A model generated the notes under the pieces. That model was given only the letters and a program-made list of their open reading frames with translations. It was not told the origin of the DNA and made no database searches. Position numbers and translations under genes: made by a program. DNA of 63,997 nt, counting the filler, from Reticulomyxa filosa (lineage: Eukaryota > Protista > Foraminifera): the NCBI GenBank assembly GCA_000512085.1. It is 19 parts of 19 records of this genome, joined end to end, with 100 filler letters (N's around TTAATTAATTAA, not from the genome) between each part and the next. Parts side by side here need not be neighbours in the genome. Positions count along the whole stretch, not along the records: positions 39,693 to 44,243 come from ASPP01027015.1; positions 44,344 to 46,805 come from ASPP01000055.1; positions 46,906 to 53,813 come from ASPP01009730.1; 16 more parts are not named here. One strand, 5' to 3'. This document shows positions 39,693 to 51,016 of this stretch, one piece after another. How positions within the stretch are numbered: position 1 is the stretch's first letter; every line of letters begins with the position of its first letter.

Positions 39693-41195
39693 GAAATCAC
39701 ATGACACGATCACAAACAGTCATTTCAACCGCTGAAAGAAGCCCTGAAGAAACAACAAGAAGAACAGCACAAGACAACCCCAAACAAACCTGGCACGCCT
39801 GATGCAACCACTGAAGATCAAGTTCAATGACTTTAAAAAAAAATAAACAAACATAATTGTTTGGTTTCACTTTTGTCATATTTGTTATATTTGTTATATT
39901 TGTCATATGCATAAATATAAATATATACATATGTATATATATTTATGTATGTGTATGCGTCTTCTGTGAGAAAGACAACGCCGGTAGACGATAACAAAGG
40001 AAGTAGATCCCCTTCGCCGGATAGAACTCCAACGGTAGTGGAAGACAACTCGAACGAGAATGAAAATGAACATGAAAATGAGAATAAGAATGAGAATGAG
40101 AATGGGACTGGAAATGAGAATGAAGATGGAGATGAAAATAAATCGGAACATGAATATGAGACGAGGGAGTTTACTCCGCCGGAGGAGTTTCAAATTAGCG
40201 ATTCTCGGTTCGATATAGAAATGTCCGAGCATATGTTCGACAAAGACTCCGCGACAGCGTTGCCCGACGACTCGACGGTCGCCAGTGGCCGAAGTCGACA
40301 TCATCGACGAGTGGGCACTTTGATTGGCATTTCCAACGAAATGCCCTTCTTTGGACCTTTGAACGCTATCAATGAAGATGACGACAACGATATCGATCAC
40401 GATTACGATCACAATAATGAAAATGAAAATGAAAATGAAAATAGTAATCCAAATGAACATGATAATAACGATAACGATAATGACAATGACAATAACAATA
40501 ACGATAATGACAATAACAATGACAATGACAACGAACTTAACCAATCAAATAGGTTACTGCTCTTTACATTTCAATCTACATACAAACAAACAAACAGAGA
40601 GACTAAACTCTTTATATACATATGTATGTATATATTGTGCACTTGACAACGACAAAAAAAAAAAAAAAAAAACGGAATGCAAAGGAATAAACAAGAGAAT
40701 ACAAAGGCCGCAGGAAATGCATTGTTTATGAAGGCAGTTGGAGGGATGCTGAAAAGCAATCTATCTGGTACTGGTGGCGGTTATATGGAACGCAACAAGT
40801 TGGACACGATTTGTGAAGAAAGTGTAAAAACTAATAAAAAAAAAGCCACTTCGAATCATAAGAAAATAATCCAAGAGGAGGAAGAAGAAGAAGAAGAAGA
40901 AAACAGGGAAGATGGCTATGACGAGGATAAAGAGGAGAACGAAAATGAAGAGAGAAACGAAGATGGCAACGATGACGACGATGACAATGATGATAACAAT
41001 AGCAACAATAGTGTCAATATAAACGGTGACGAAGACGATGAAGACGAGGACGAAGAAGGCTTCTTCTTGGAGGAGAGAATAGAACTGAAAGATCCCGATG
41101 ATGGATACGACAGTGCATCGTCGGTTCATGAAAAGGAAGAGATCAAACATGTCATTAAAAAAAATGCCAGAGGTGAGTTGATCGAAGTCGATTAA
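39693..41195 (+). CDS. C-terminal exons of a low-complexity N/D/E-rich protein
   Basis: ORFs 39945-40646 and 40677-41195 with (EN)n, (DN)n and poly-E runs, separated by intron-like AT-rich gaps. Confidence 0.6.
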
Positions 41196-42330
41196 CTTTG
41201 GTCAATCCAATCGTAAAACTATCCAATACATTACAATCCATTTTCATTGAAGGCTTTAAGAGTTCAAGAGCAAGGGGAAAAAAACAAACAAAATTAAACA
41301 TACAGAAATTTAAAAACATCACTTAAAAAAAAAATCAACAACAATAACAAAAAAAAAAAGAATAGAAAAGGCGTTGGGAGATCAATGTTTTTGTGTGTGT
41401 GTAGTAATTGTTTTTCCTTTTTTTTTCCCCCATTTTTTGTGATTGCCTTTTTTTTTTGTTTTGTTTTAATAATCATGTCTCCGCAATTGCCAGTTTGCTT
41501 TTAATTGATATTTCGGTTTGGGATTTGTTTTTGTTATTTTTTTTCCGTTGGTGTTTATGCCATAAAATGTGGTAATTCAACCTGTTGTTTTCTCCCCCTT
41601 CTTTTCTTGCCATTCTTTTCTTGTGTGAGGTTGGGTGTATCAGGACTGTCACCACTATCTGCCACACACAAAGACTATTCTGCCTTTATTAATTAGATAA
41701 ACCGTTTTTGTGATGATTAACTTGTGATGAAGAAAATTTTTGACTGTCAAAATACATTTGTGCTGAAATTAGTTTCACAACGATACAAAATGTTTTGAAA
41801 CTAATCAATAATAACATGTCGCATATATAAGTGATCAGAGTCATCTGATTTCAAGTAAGCATAAAAGTTAAAGGAGTATTTCGTTTTGATACAGAATTTT
41901 CTCTTTAAAAGAGTGCGCGTTAATGACATTTCAAGTGGTGAATCAAAATTAGTACAAAAAAGAATATTAATTTTCTGGAGAACTGGTGTGTAAATTGCAT
42001 GTTCGTCAACAGTTAAAAGATTCCCGAAAATGAATTCTATGAACATTTATGTGTTTCTTCATGAAAAATCAACATTTATTCAAATTTTTTTAAAAATAAT
42101 ATCTGCATCGTGGAGAATCCAAAAGTGTATTGGTTTTTACTGAAATATAGTTGAAGCTACATAAATTAGAAAAGTGCTTGTTTAAAATTTCTTTTTATGG
42201 GGAAACAATGAACAAAAGAATCAATTTGAGTTGTATTTCGATACCAGAAAAAAGGCCGTACAATAGAATTGGAATGAACATACAATATAAATTACTTATT
42301 CTCAATACTTCATACTTTTGAATAAAAAAA

Positions 42331-44243
42331 TTAAGAAATTTGTTTCAATTTAAACATAACATTCTGAGTTTTATGATGAGATTGACCAAAATGTTGAATA
42401 AAAATAACTAGTGCTTTCTCATAACATTTATTAGCTTCAATTCGATTTTCCATTTCAAAAAAAATATTTCCTAAAAGAAAATATGATTGACCAACATGTG
42501 GATGATTTGAACCCAATTTCTTCAATCTAAAATGTAAACATTTTTCTCCATATTCAATTGCATTATCCAATTGTTTTTTATGTTTTAAACAATTTGCCAA
42601 ATAATGATAACACCAACAAACATTAGGATGATCTTCATCCACTTTCTTCAATCTTATTTTCAAAGATTTTTCAAAATATTCCATTGCTTTTTCATATTCT
42701 CCTTTTTTTTTCAATACAAGTCCAACAATTTCATAACATTTTGCAATATGCAAATCAAAACCTTTGTTTTCATGTTTCATAAATATCTCCAAAGCTTTAT
42801 CACCATATTCTTTGGATTTATTTATTTCATCTTTCATATTCATATACACTAATCCTAATACATTGTATAATTCCGCAACAAATGGGTGATTTTCACCAAA
42901 TTTGTTTAATCGAATTTTCAAAGCTTTTTCATAATATTCTATTGACTTTTCATATTCTCCTTTTTCAAAGTATGCATTCCCGAAATTAATTAATGATAAT
43001 GCAACACATTCGTGATTTGATCCTAATTTATCCAAGAATATTTTCAATGCTTTTTCATGATATTCTATTGACCTTTCATACTCTCCTTTTTCAAAGTATG
43101 TCTCCCCGAAACTACTTAATGATACTGCAACATCAACGTGATTTGATCCTAATTTATCCAAGTAGATTTTCAATGCCTTTTCATGATATTCAATTGCTTT
43201 ATCATACTCTCCTTTGTTTTGGTAATTATCTCCTAAATTGTTGTGTAAATTACCAACATTAATGTGATCTGACCCTAATTTATCCAAGAAGATTTTCAAC
43301 GAGTTTTCACGATATTTAATTGCCCTGTCATACTCTCCTATTTTTCCATAAACACTTCCCATATTGTCATATGAAACAGCAACATCAATGTGATCTGATC
43401 CTAATTTATTCAATCTGATTCCTAATGCCTTTTCATGATATTCAATTGCTTTATCATATTCTCCTTTATTATTGTACGCAATTCCCAAAATTCTATACGA
43501 ATGAGCAACATCAATGTGATTTGATCCTAATTTGTCCAATATAATTTTCAATGCTTTTTCATAATGTTTGATTGCTTTATCATATTCTTCTTTCACAAGA
43601 TATGAATTACCTAACAATTGAAAAGACTCTGCTACATCAATATGAGAATCACCTAATGTTTGTAATGTGATACAAAGTGCAAAATGAAATAATGTTATTG
43701 ATTTATCATAGTTTGATTTATTATATGAATCAATTCCCAATTGTTTAAGGCTATTTGCATTAATAGGTCCAGGACCAATGGGAATAAGAGAAACAAATGG
43801 ATAATGAATAATAGATTTTTTAGTATGAATAAGATGCTGGGTAATACGGCAATTACCAATTCCATTGATAATACAATCAACAGCATAAACACATCCATCA
43901 ATTGTAATATCATCAAATATGATATTTTTGGAATGAAAAGAATAAATAAAATAAGGTGAAATAATAATTTTATTTTTCATAAATTGATTGGAATTGATCA
44001 TCATTGAAAAAGGAACATCTTCCCAAAATCTTTTATCATTTATTTTTGCCAATGTATCAATATTTGTTGAAACAACAACAATTCCTTTTTGTTTTTTATC
44101 CATCATTTCATTCACCATGTTATGAGCAATTATATTTGCTTTAGTCCATTCTTTATTTTCATCAAATTCTGTTATTTCATTTTTGGTTTCATCAGACTCT
44201 ATTATTTCTTTTTTGATTTCATCAGATTCTTTGATTATTTCAT
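42331..44243 (-). CDS. TPR-repeat protein with about 10 kinesin-light-chain-like 42-aa repeats (probably 5' partial)
   Basis: Repeated LGxxHxDVAxSxxxLGxxYxxKGEYDKAIEYHEKALxIxL with a 126-bp period. Confidence 0.93.
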
Positions 44244-44343
44244 NNNNNNNNNNNNNNNNNNNNNNNNNNNNNNNNNNNNNNNNNNNNTTAATTAATTAAN
44301 NNNNNNNNNNNNNNNNNNNNNNNNNNNNNNNNNNNNNNNNNNN

Positions 44344-44411
44344 TCATGGAGAAAATCGATTCTCTTCATAGTGCCATTTAGGTATGGTGGTTTTTTTTGC
44401 AATATACTGTA
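44344..44411 (-). mobile_element. Terminus of a related Tc1/mariner-like TIR subfamily
   Basis: Minus strand TA|CAGTATATTGCAAAAAAAACC..CCTAAA..CTATGAAGAGAATCGATTTTCTCCATGA. Confidence 0.55.
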
Positions 44412-44439
44412 TTTATTTTGTTAAAAAAAACAATGTATT

Positions 44440-45110
44440 CAACAAATTTTATTATGATCATTTGATCAGCCACGATTAGATTCTTATTTGATCGAAAATC
44501 TCAAAAACAGATTGTATTATCCCATGAGGTAGGACATATCACATTAGAAATGCAATTCACTTATATATAATCAACAATACTCAAATGAGTTTTATGTCCA
44601 TCAAAAGATTTGACTTGCTGACTAGATCAGATATCCGATAAACGGACACTATTATCACATGGTCCATGTAATATAGTATTTGCATTACCGCTATTTCCTG
44701 ATCCATTTGGTTCATATTTTACACTGATTACTGAATTATCATGATCTTTAAGCAAAATTAATTGACTAGTGGTTTCGATATCCAATATACGAATCGTTTT
44801 GTCATGTGATCCAGAACAAATGAATTGACCATCACCAAATTTTGAATAACCAATTTCGTTCACACAGTCTTTATGTTCAGCCAATGTCTTAAGCAATCTA
44901 GATGATTCAATGAATGGATCAAGCATGAAGATGATTGCTGCCTGTGTAAACAACGATAATGAATAATGATAGCAAATATGTACTTATTGTCAATTATGTT
45001 AAGTATTTATATTTTCCATTTAATAATAAGTTTGTCAAACCTATGAGCAATCTAAATTTAATATGTAATACGTGGATCCAATGTTTAATAATGACTGAAT
45101 CAACGCAGTA
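44440..45110 (-). pseudogene. WD40 pseudogene
   Basis: FICSGSHDKTIRILDIE, DNSVRLSDI*, SWDNTICF*DFR; degenerate linker module upstream. Confidence 0.8.
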
Positions 45111-46129
45111 AAAACATAATGACGTCAAAGACTGAAACGAAGATTACAAGTAAAAATTGAATCAAAATTTCATTTTCATTGCAAAGAGTAGTCGTCATTC
45201 TTTCAAGCCTTTTATTACTTGAGTTTTCTTAAATGATTTAAATTGAAAAATATAAACTGTTTTATATCAAATCGGCGAAGGAGACTGTCAATACTTTGAA
45301 ATTTTATTGTCTTTTTAAAAAGTGTCAAGAGGTATAATGGTAACATAACGTTTGTTTGGCGATTTAAAAAACGGAAAATTATGTTTTAAATTACTCACAA
45401 AGTGAATCTGAAACTGTTTTTTTTCCTTAAAAAAGACTATGCGTGACTGTCTTTTAGGTAAAGCATAAATATGACAAAGGAAACAAGATTAACGAGTTTG
45501 AGGTTGGCTTTATTTTTGTAGTTTATATTTACATTAATATTTTTTAGATAACAGAAAAAGGGAAGCCTTGTATTCTGTTTTCTTTTTTGACAGATTATGG
45601 CCAGTGATCACTCTTTGGCAATGTGGTTTATTGAAAACGTTGTCGATAACAAGAATGCAGTATTTCCTGTATACTCCCAAAATGCGAGTTATAAAGTCTA
45701 ACAAGCAGTAACATGACCATACAAAGCAAAAAAGATGTATAACTATTTTAAATAGACGATATGAAATGTAATGGAGGAATGTAAGATAACAACAGCAGCA
45801 ATAATAACCGAAAATATGTAAAAGAAATTAAAATGCTGGTTCAATTGTTTGGGGACTCAATTACTGAAGAAGAATTAAACAAAAGATAGAACATTATTAT
45901 GGAAATATTGAGTTAGTGATTAAAGATCTTGTTCAACACTCAATTGAAAAAAGAGGTATTCAAATGATAAAATAAAAACCTATTCTTTCAATAATGGAAT
46001 ATTTTATTATTTTACTTAAACATACAAAAAATAAAGAGCAAATTAGAAGAAGAAAGCAAGGCCAATGAATTGAAGAATACAGAACAGGTAACAAAAAAAA
46101 TTATTTTATTTTATTTTATATCTCTTAGA

Positions 46130-46581
46130 AGGACATTCAGATTAAGTTAAAGAAGTGCAATTTTCACCAGATGATTCCAAAGTTGTTTCATGTTCAAGGG
46201 ATAAACCCATTCGAATATGGGATGTATTTTCTGGAGCACAACTTTTACTATTAGAAGGATATTTACATATTGTATACGGAGCGCAATTCATACCCAATGG
46301 ATCAAAGATTATATCATACTCAAAGGATAGAACCATTCGAATATGGAACGCATTATCATGTCAACAAATTCAACTATTGGAAGGACATAGAGAGGATATA
46401 TATGGAATTCAATTATCACCAGATGGTTCAAAAATTTTATCATATTCAAGCGATAAAACGATTCGAATATGAGATTTATTGTCTGAAAAACAACTACAAG
46501 TTCTTGAAGAGCCAAGTTCTGTAAATACAGTAAGATTTTCACTTGATGGCTTCAGAATTTTATCAGGCTCATTTGATAGTA
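46130..46581 (+). pseudogene. WD40 pseudogene interrupted by a TIR element
   Basis: GHSD*VKEVQFSPDDSKVVSCSRDKPIRIWD..; stops at 46143 and 46470; the reading frame ends at LSGSFDS where the element begins. Confidence 0.82.
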
Positions 46582-46805
46582 CAGTAGGTTGCAAAGAAAC
46601 TGAACGCCTAAAACATATCTTATGATGATAATTGATTTTATCAATGAAAAATCAACATTTAGACCTAATTTTTTTAAAAAAAATATCTAAAAGTCTTGTA
46701 GTTTTTAAATATGATATTGATTTTTGAATAACTTTTTTTTTGTTGGATGAAATCAACATTATTTCAAATGATTTTTGAAAATTCTTCGAGAATGCGTATC
46801 ATTTG
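46580..46805 (+). mobile_element. Tc1/mariner-like TIR element terminus (copy 2)
   Basis: TA|CAGTAGGTTGCAAAGAAACTGAACGCCTAAAACATATCTTATGATGATA.. Confidence 0.78.
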
Positions 46806-47014
46806 NNNNNNNNNNNNNNNNNNNNNNNNNNNNNNNNNNNNNNNNNNNNTTAATTAATTAANNNNNNNNNNNNNNNNNNNNNNNNNNNNNNNNNNNNNNN
46901 NNNNNAATTAAAAAAATAAAAAAAAAAAAAAAAAAGAGGGAGGTCACTATCCTATACATATAAATATATACGTATATGTATATGTATACGTACATGTATA
47001 TGTACGTGTAACGA

Positions 47015-47473
47015 ATGCGCATAGTATATATGGATGCGGGTGCATATGTTCGCCGTCCATTGGATGAAATGTACGCATTTTTAAGTGCACCGGAGAATGC
47101 TGAACCATATAAGGGCGTGTTGTTTTTTGGAGTGGGCCTGCCTCAAAAAAGATGGTGCAAGAGGGACACGTTTATTTTGCAACAATGCGACGAAGAAAAA
47201 TGTTGGGAAAAAGGACAAATCAATGCATTTATGAGTATTTGGGTGAAATCTTCCTTCTCTCTTTATTTGAGTCGGCTATGGTTAAATGAATGTCTCGACG
47301 CACGAATCCTTACCGATATCCCCAGCACGCTTGGACCCGAGTTGAATGGATTTCGAGCCCATCGGCACGATCAAGCTGTCATCACCAACATTATGAATCG
47401 TGAAGGCTTCGCCTATGGTCCCAAAGGCTGGAATTTGCTTAATTACGTCGTCCACGATCGAAATACTGCATGA
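47015..47473 (+). CDS. Putative glycosyltransferase of the DAG..WxKRD..HRHDQ family (last exon)
   Basis: VYMDAG, RWCKRDTF, QINA, WLNECLDARILTD, FRAHRHDQAV. Confidence 0.7.
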   Translation: MRIVYMDAGAYVRRPLDEMYAFLSAPENAEPYKGVLFFGVGLPQKRWCKRDTFILQQCDEEKCWEKGQINAFMSIWVKSSFSLYLSRLWLNECLDARILTDIPSTLGPELNGFRAHRHDQAVITNIMNREGFAYGPKGWNLLNYVVHDRNTA

Positions 47474-48425
47474 TTATTAGTCTTTCGGAAATACTTATCC
47501 CTTACAATTATTTTAATTATTTTTTTTTTGTTGTTTTTGTTGTAAAAGAACAGAGGATTTATATGTTTCTTCAACCTTTTGGCCATATTCATTTCAGATA
47601 AATAACAGTCAAAAAAAAAAAAAAAAAAAGTTTTTTAATTTGTTAAATAAAAATACTCACAACATTGCTCTTTTTTTCAAGAAACCAATACTTTTCATTT
47701 CAATCGTTGCCGTACTTTTCTCATTAATAAAATAATTTTTTTTTTTGTGTCTCATTTTTAAAAGATATTGTAATTACTGTTACGTAAATAATCTACACAT
47801 TATCAACTGTTATTCAAGTTGAAATAAACATTCACTGGATATTATTTCGTTGACATTTATGATATTATTTGTACTGCCAAAATGACATAACCTTTATTTC
47901 TATTTGTCAATGTCCGATTGTATTAAATTTGTTTGATTTTTTTTTTAAGTTTTTCATCATATAATAATTACTGTTTTTAGCCCTTTCCTCAATGCAAAGT
48001 ACAAACAAGCACATGATCCAAAATAGGACATGTAACTAAATACAAACTAAAAAAAGTATAAATATATAATCAAACGATCAATTAAGCTTTTTTTTGAAAC
48101 AAATTTTATCAAAAATTTTAAAGTATTTCAATTTTCAAAAGATTGTTTAGAAATCATTTCAAATTTTACTTATTATTTAATAATGGTGAGCTTGCTTGGA
48201 TAATCGACTAATTGCTTCAATGCTACTTGTAATGGTACAGTTTCATTTTTCAATTCTCTTATTTCATCTTATTGATCTTTATTTTAACTATTATTTCTGT
48301 TTTCATTCTTCTTGTTCACTTGATCGTTTGTTCTGTTTTTATTTTTAATTGCATCACAACATCTTTGTGATTCGTGACTTTGGATTTTTCTTTTATATTA
48401 TGATAATTTTCAATTGTTCATTCTT

Positions 48426-48794
48426 CTAAATTATTTTCTTTTTTTTTTCGATAAATTCACTAATTGTATTTCTTGTTCTTTGAATAACACTACATAATAT
48501 TGAATTACTTGCCTGATTTACTTTGCATAATACACATTTCTGGAGCATTGGATTTCTTCTATGATGACAATTTTCTAATTTGCGATTTCTTTTTCCACAA
48601 TACCTGTATACTTTTGAATTATTGCAATCTTTTGCAAAATGATTTAGCGTGAAACATTTTTTGAATTGGATGAAATGTGATATTATACAACGTCCATACT
48701 TGTTAAAGATTTTCCATTTTGCTTCATTAAAATAAATATTGATAATCTTTTCATTTACTGATATTTGAACATAATTCATCTTTGTAACTATCAC
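48426..48794 (-). mobile_element. Degenerate gag-like ORF1 of a non-LTR retrotransposon with three Zn knuckles
   Basis: QFKKCFTLNHFAKDC, VYRYCGKRNRKLENC, KCVLCKVNQASNSILC form a decayed CCHC triplet. Confidence 0.7.
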
Positions 48795-49161
48795 TTTTTG
48801 TCATGTTAGAATTTATATTTTCACAATATTTTCGAATCTTTCAAAATGAACTTCAAATCTTGGTAGATGTCAAAGTAAAACTCTTGCTTGTGATTTTATC
48901 TACTTCAAAAAACAACTTTTTAAGTTGAAAACTATAAAGTTTCATATTTTTTAAAATTTGTTTTGAAAAATTATATTCACTTGACGAAAAGTTTATTATG
49001 CAAAACTGCAATATATTGTCAGATTTTATATCGAAATATCGATAGCTACAATCTAGAGATAAAAAAATTTCATTAAATGAGCATATATGAACATTTATGT
49101 ATTTATTCATGAAAATCAACATTTATTCAAAATTCTTTTTTTAGATTAATATCTACGCATT

Positions 49162-49326
49162 GTAGAAAATACAAAAATATATTTGATTTTTAATAAAAGT
49201 GTAAAAAAAACTGTAAAAAATCATTAATGTTTTTTTCATTTTTGTAATAATTTTCAAAAAATAAAAAAACATTAACAATTTTTAAATAACTTTTTATTAA
49301 ATCAAATATATGTTTGTATTTTCTAC
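49162..49326. repeat. Foldback inverted repeat (MITE-like)
   Basis: gtagaaaatacaaaaatatatttgatttttaataaaagt is inverted as actttttattaaatcaaatatatgtttgtattttctac; inner arms ttaatgtttttttcatttttg / caaaaaataaaaaaacattaa. Confidence 0.75.
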
Positions 49327-49987
49327 GAACAATAATAAACAAGAATATAATTATCACAATTCATAATAAATGCTGTTTTTGTGTATGTAATTTGTCTTTG
49401 TTCGTTGTTTCGTTCAAGAAAAGTTATTTTCATATTTATGCAAAATGTATCTGCTTATAAGAGCTTGACACTTGATAATAATTTATAAAAGATGAAAATA
49501 ATATTCGTAAATTTAATATTACTTCATATAAGTCTATTTTTGTTTGTATTTTTCATTTATGAAAAGAACATAATAATTTCAATTAGCTGGCATATGAAAA
49601 ATATTGTTATTTGTTCAAAATATACAAAAAACTATTATTGTTTTATTAGCTGAAAAATGCACTTGACATACACTTTTTTATTTTAATTTTTTTTAATAAA
49701 AATGTATTTTTCACGGTTTCTGTGGTAAGTAGTAGCCGGCATTGACAGAAAGTGCTTGTTTTGCAACTAAAAGATACTTTAATCTTCCACGAGTTGTCAG
49801 ACAAAAATGTAATTAAAAATGTATGTACTATTTTTGAAGTGTGATGAGATATTCAGCATGGGCATGCTCATAAAAAACATACAATGAAGTGTATTGGAAA
49901 AATTCTTCGCTTCATTGGTTGTTTCATCTTTTTATTTTTTAACGAAAAAGCGAAACTTTTTCGTTCGCAGCTAGCCCCCTTGAAAGA

Positions 49988-51016
49988 ATGAGTTATTTCT
50001 TTCGTCGTTCACTTCGTTCGATAAGTATAATGGCACAATCAGGTATTAAACTTTCCGAAGAGCGGTGGAAAGCACTGCAGCTTTCGGTGGCAGTGACAAG
50101 CGTTTCAGTTGACGAGTTAATTGACGCAATTTCAGCTCACAACAAAGGAGACGGGGATATCGGAAGTAACACAAGACAATTTCATCAGTGGTTGAGACCA
50201 TACTTGTCAAAAATCCAAACTAATATAATCAAATTGGAAGATAAAAAGCAAACATTGACAGAAACGAACAAAACACTATGTGACGAAGTCAGTAAATTGA
50301 ATAATGAATTATTGGCATTACAAAGCAAATTTCCTGGACAAAACAACAACAGTGATGTTCAACAACAGACGAAAGCTTCTACTAAAACTTCCACGAAAGT
50401 TTCAGAAGAAGTAAAGAAAGAGGAGAAATCTGAGCCGTCCAATTCGGCACAATCGGACGCGAGAGTTGCTGTTGACACTGGTTTGCATGTTATCAAAGGA
50501 GCCATTGTCAAAGTGTACAATATCCCCACTGGTGGCACAACACAAACGGTTCATTTTAGTGATGAGCCTTGGGTAGGTGCGATTACTGTTGCACATGACA
50601 GCGTCACCAAACCAGATGACAATACCAAAAAAAGTTACGTATAATTTTTTTTTTTGAAGCCAGAAATTTCTTAAACAAATTCTTTAAAAAAAATGTTAAA
50701 TAAAGAAATTGAAGATTATTGCAATGAATTGATCCGCAAAAACGTGGAGATCACAATTCATAAAGATTTGGATAGACAAGATGCTGAAAAAAAATTTGGA
50801 CCGGAGATTTATGATGCATATCCAGTCCCTGCAAAAGTTACTCGATTGAATGTTTTAGAAATTGCACAATGGAATGTCAATTGTTGTCCCAAAGTTCACT
50901 GCCAAAGAACTGGCGAACTCATTGGCTTGAAAATTGGAAAAATTAAATTTAATAATAAAAAAAACAGTGTGAATATCTATTTCAAGGTGGGACCTGAATT
51001 TTCTAATTACTCTTAA
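49988..51016 (+). CDS. AlaX-S-type trans-editing aminoacyl-tRNA deacylase with an N-terminal coiled coil (2 exons, 318 aa)
   Basis: Intron 50634-50705 (phase 1, GT-AG) joins DTGLHVIKGAIVKV.. to IEDYCNELIRKN..RQDAEKKFGPEIYDAYPVP..LNVLEIAQWNVNCCPKVHCQRTGEL..KIGKIKF..IYF. Confidence 0.85.

Noticed and set aside
1135-46472. In-frame TGA at probable Trp positions (1135, 44501, 46470) suggesting TGA=Trp recoding
   Set aside because: They occur only in copies with other lesions. Intact WD40 genes use TGG, other dead copies show TAG, TTG or TCG at the same Trp, and TGA ends apparently normal genes (47473, 62186)
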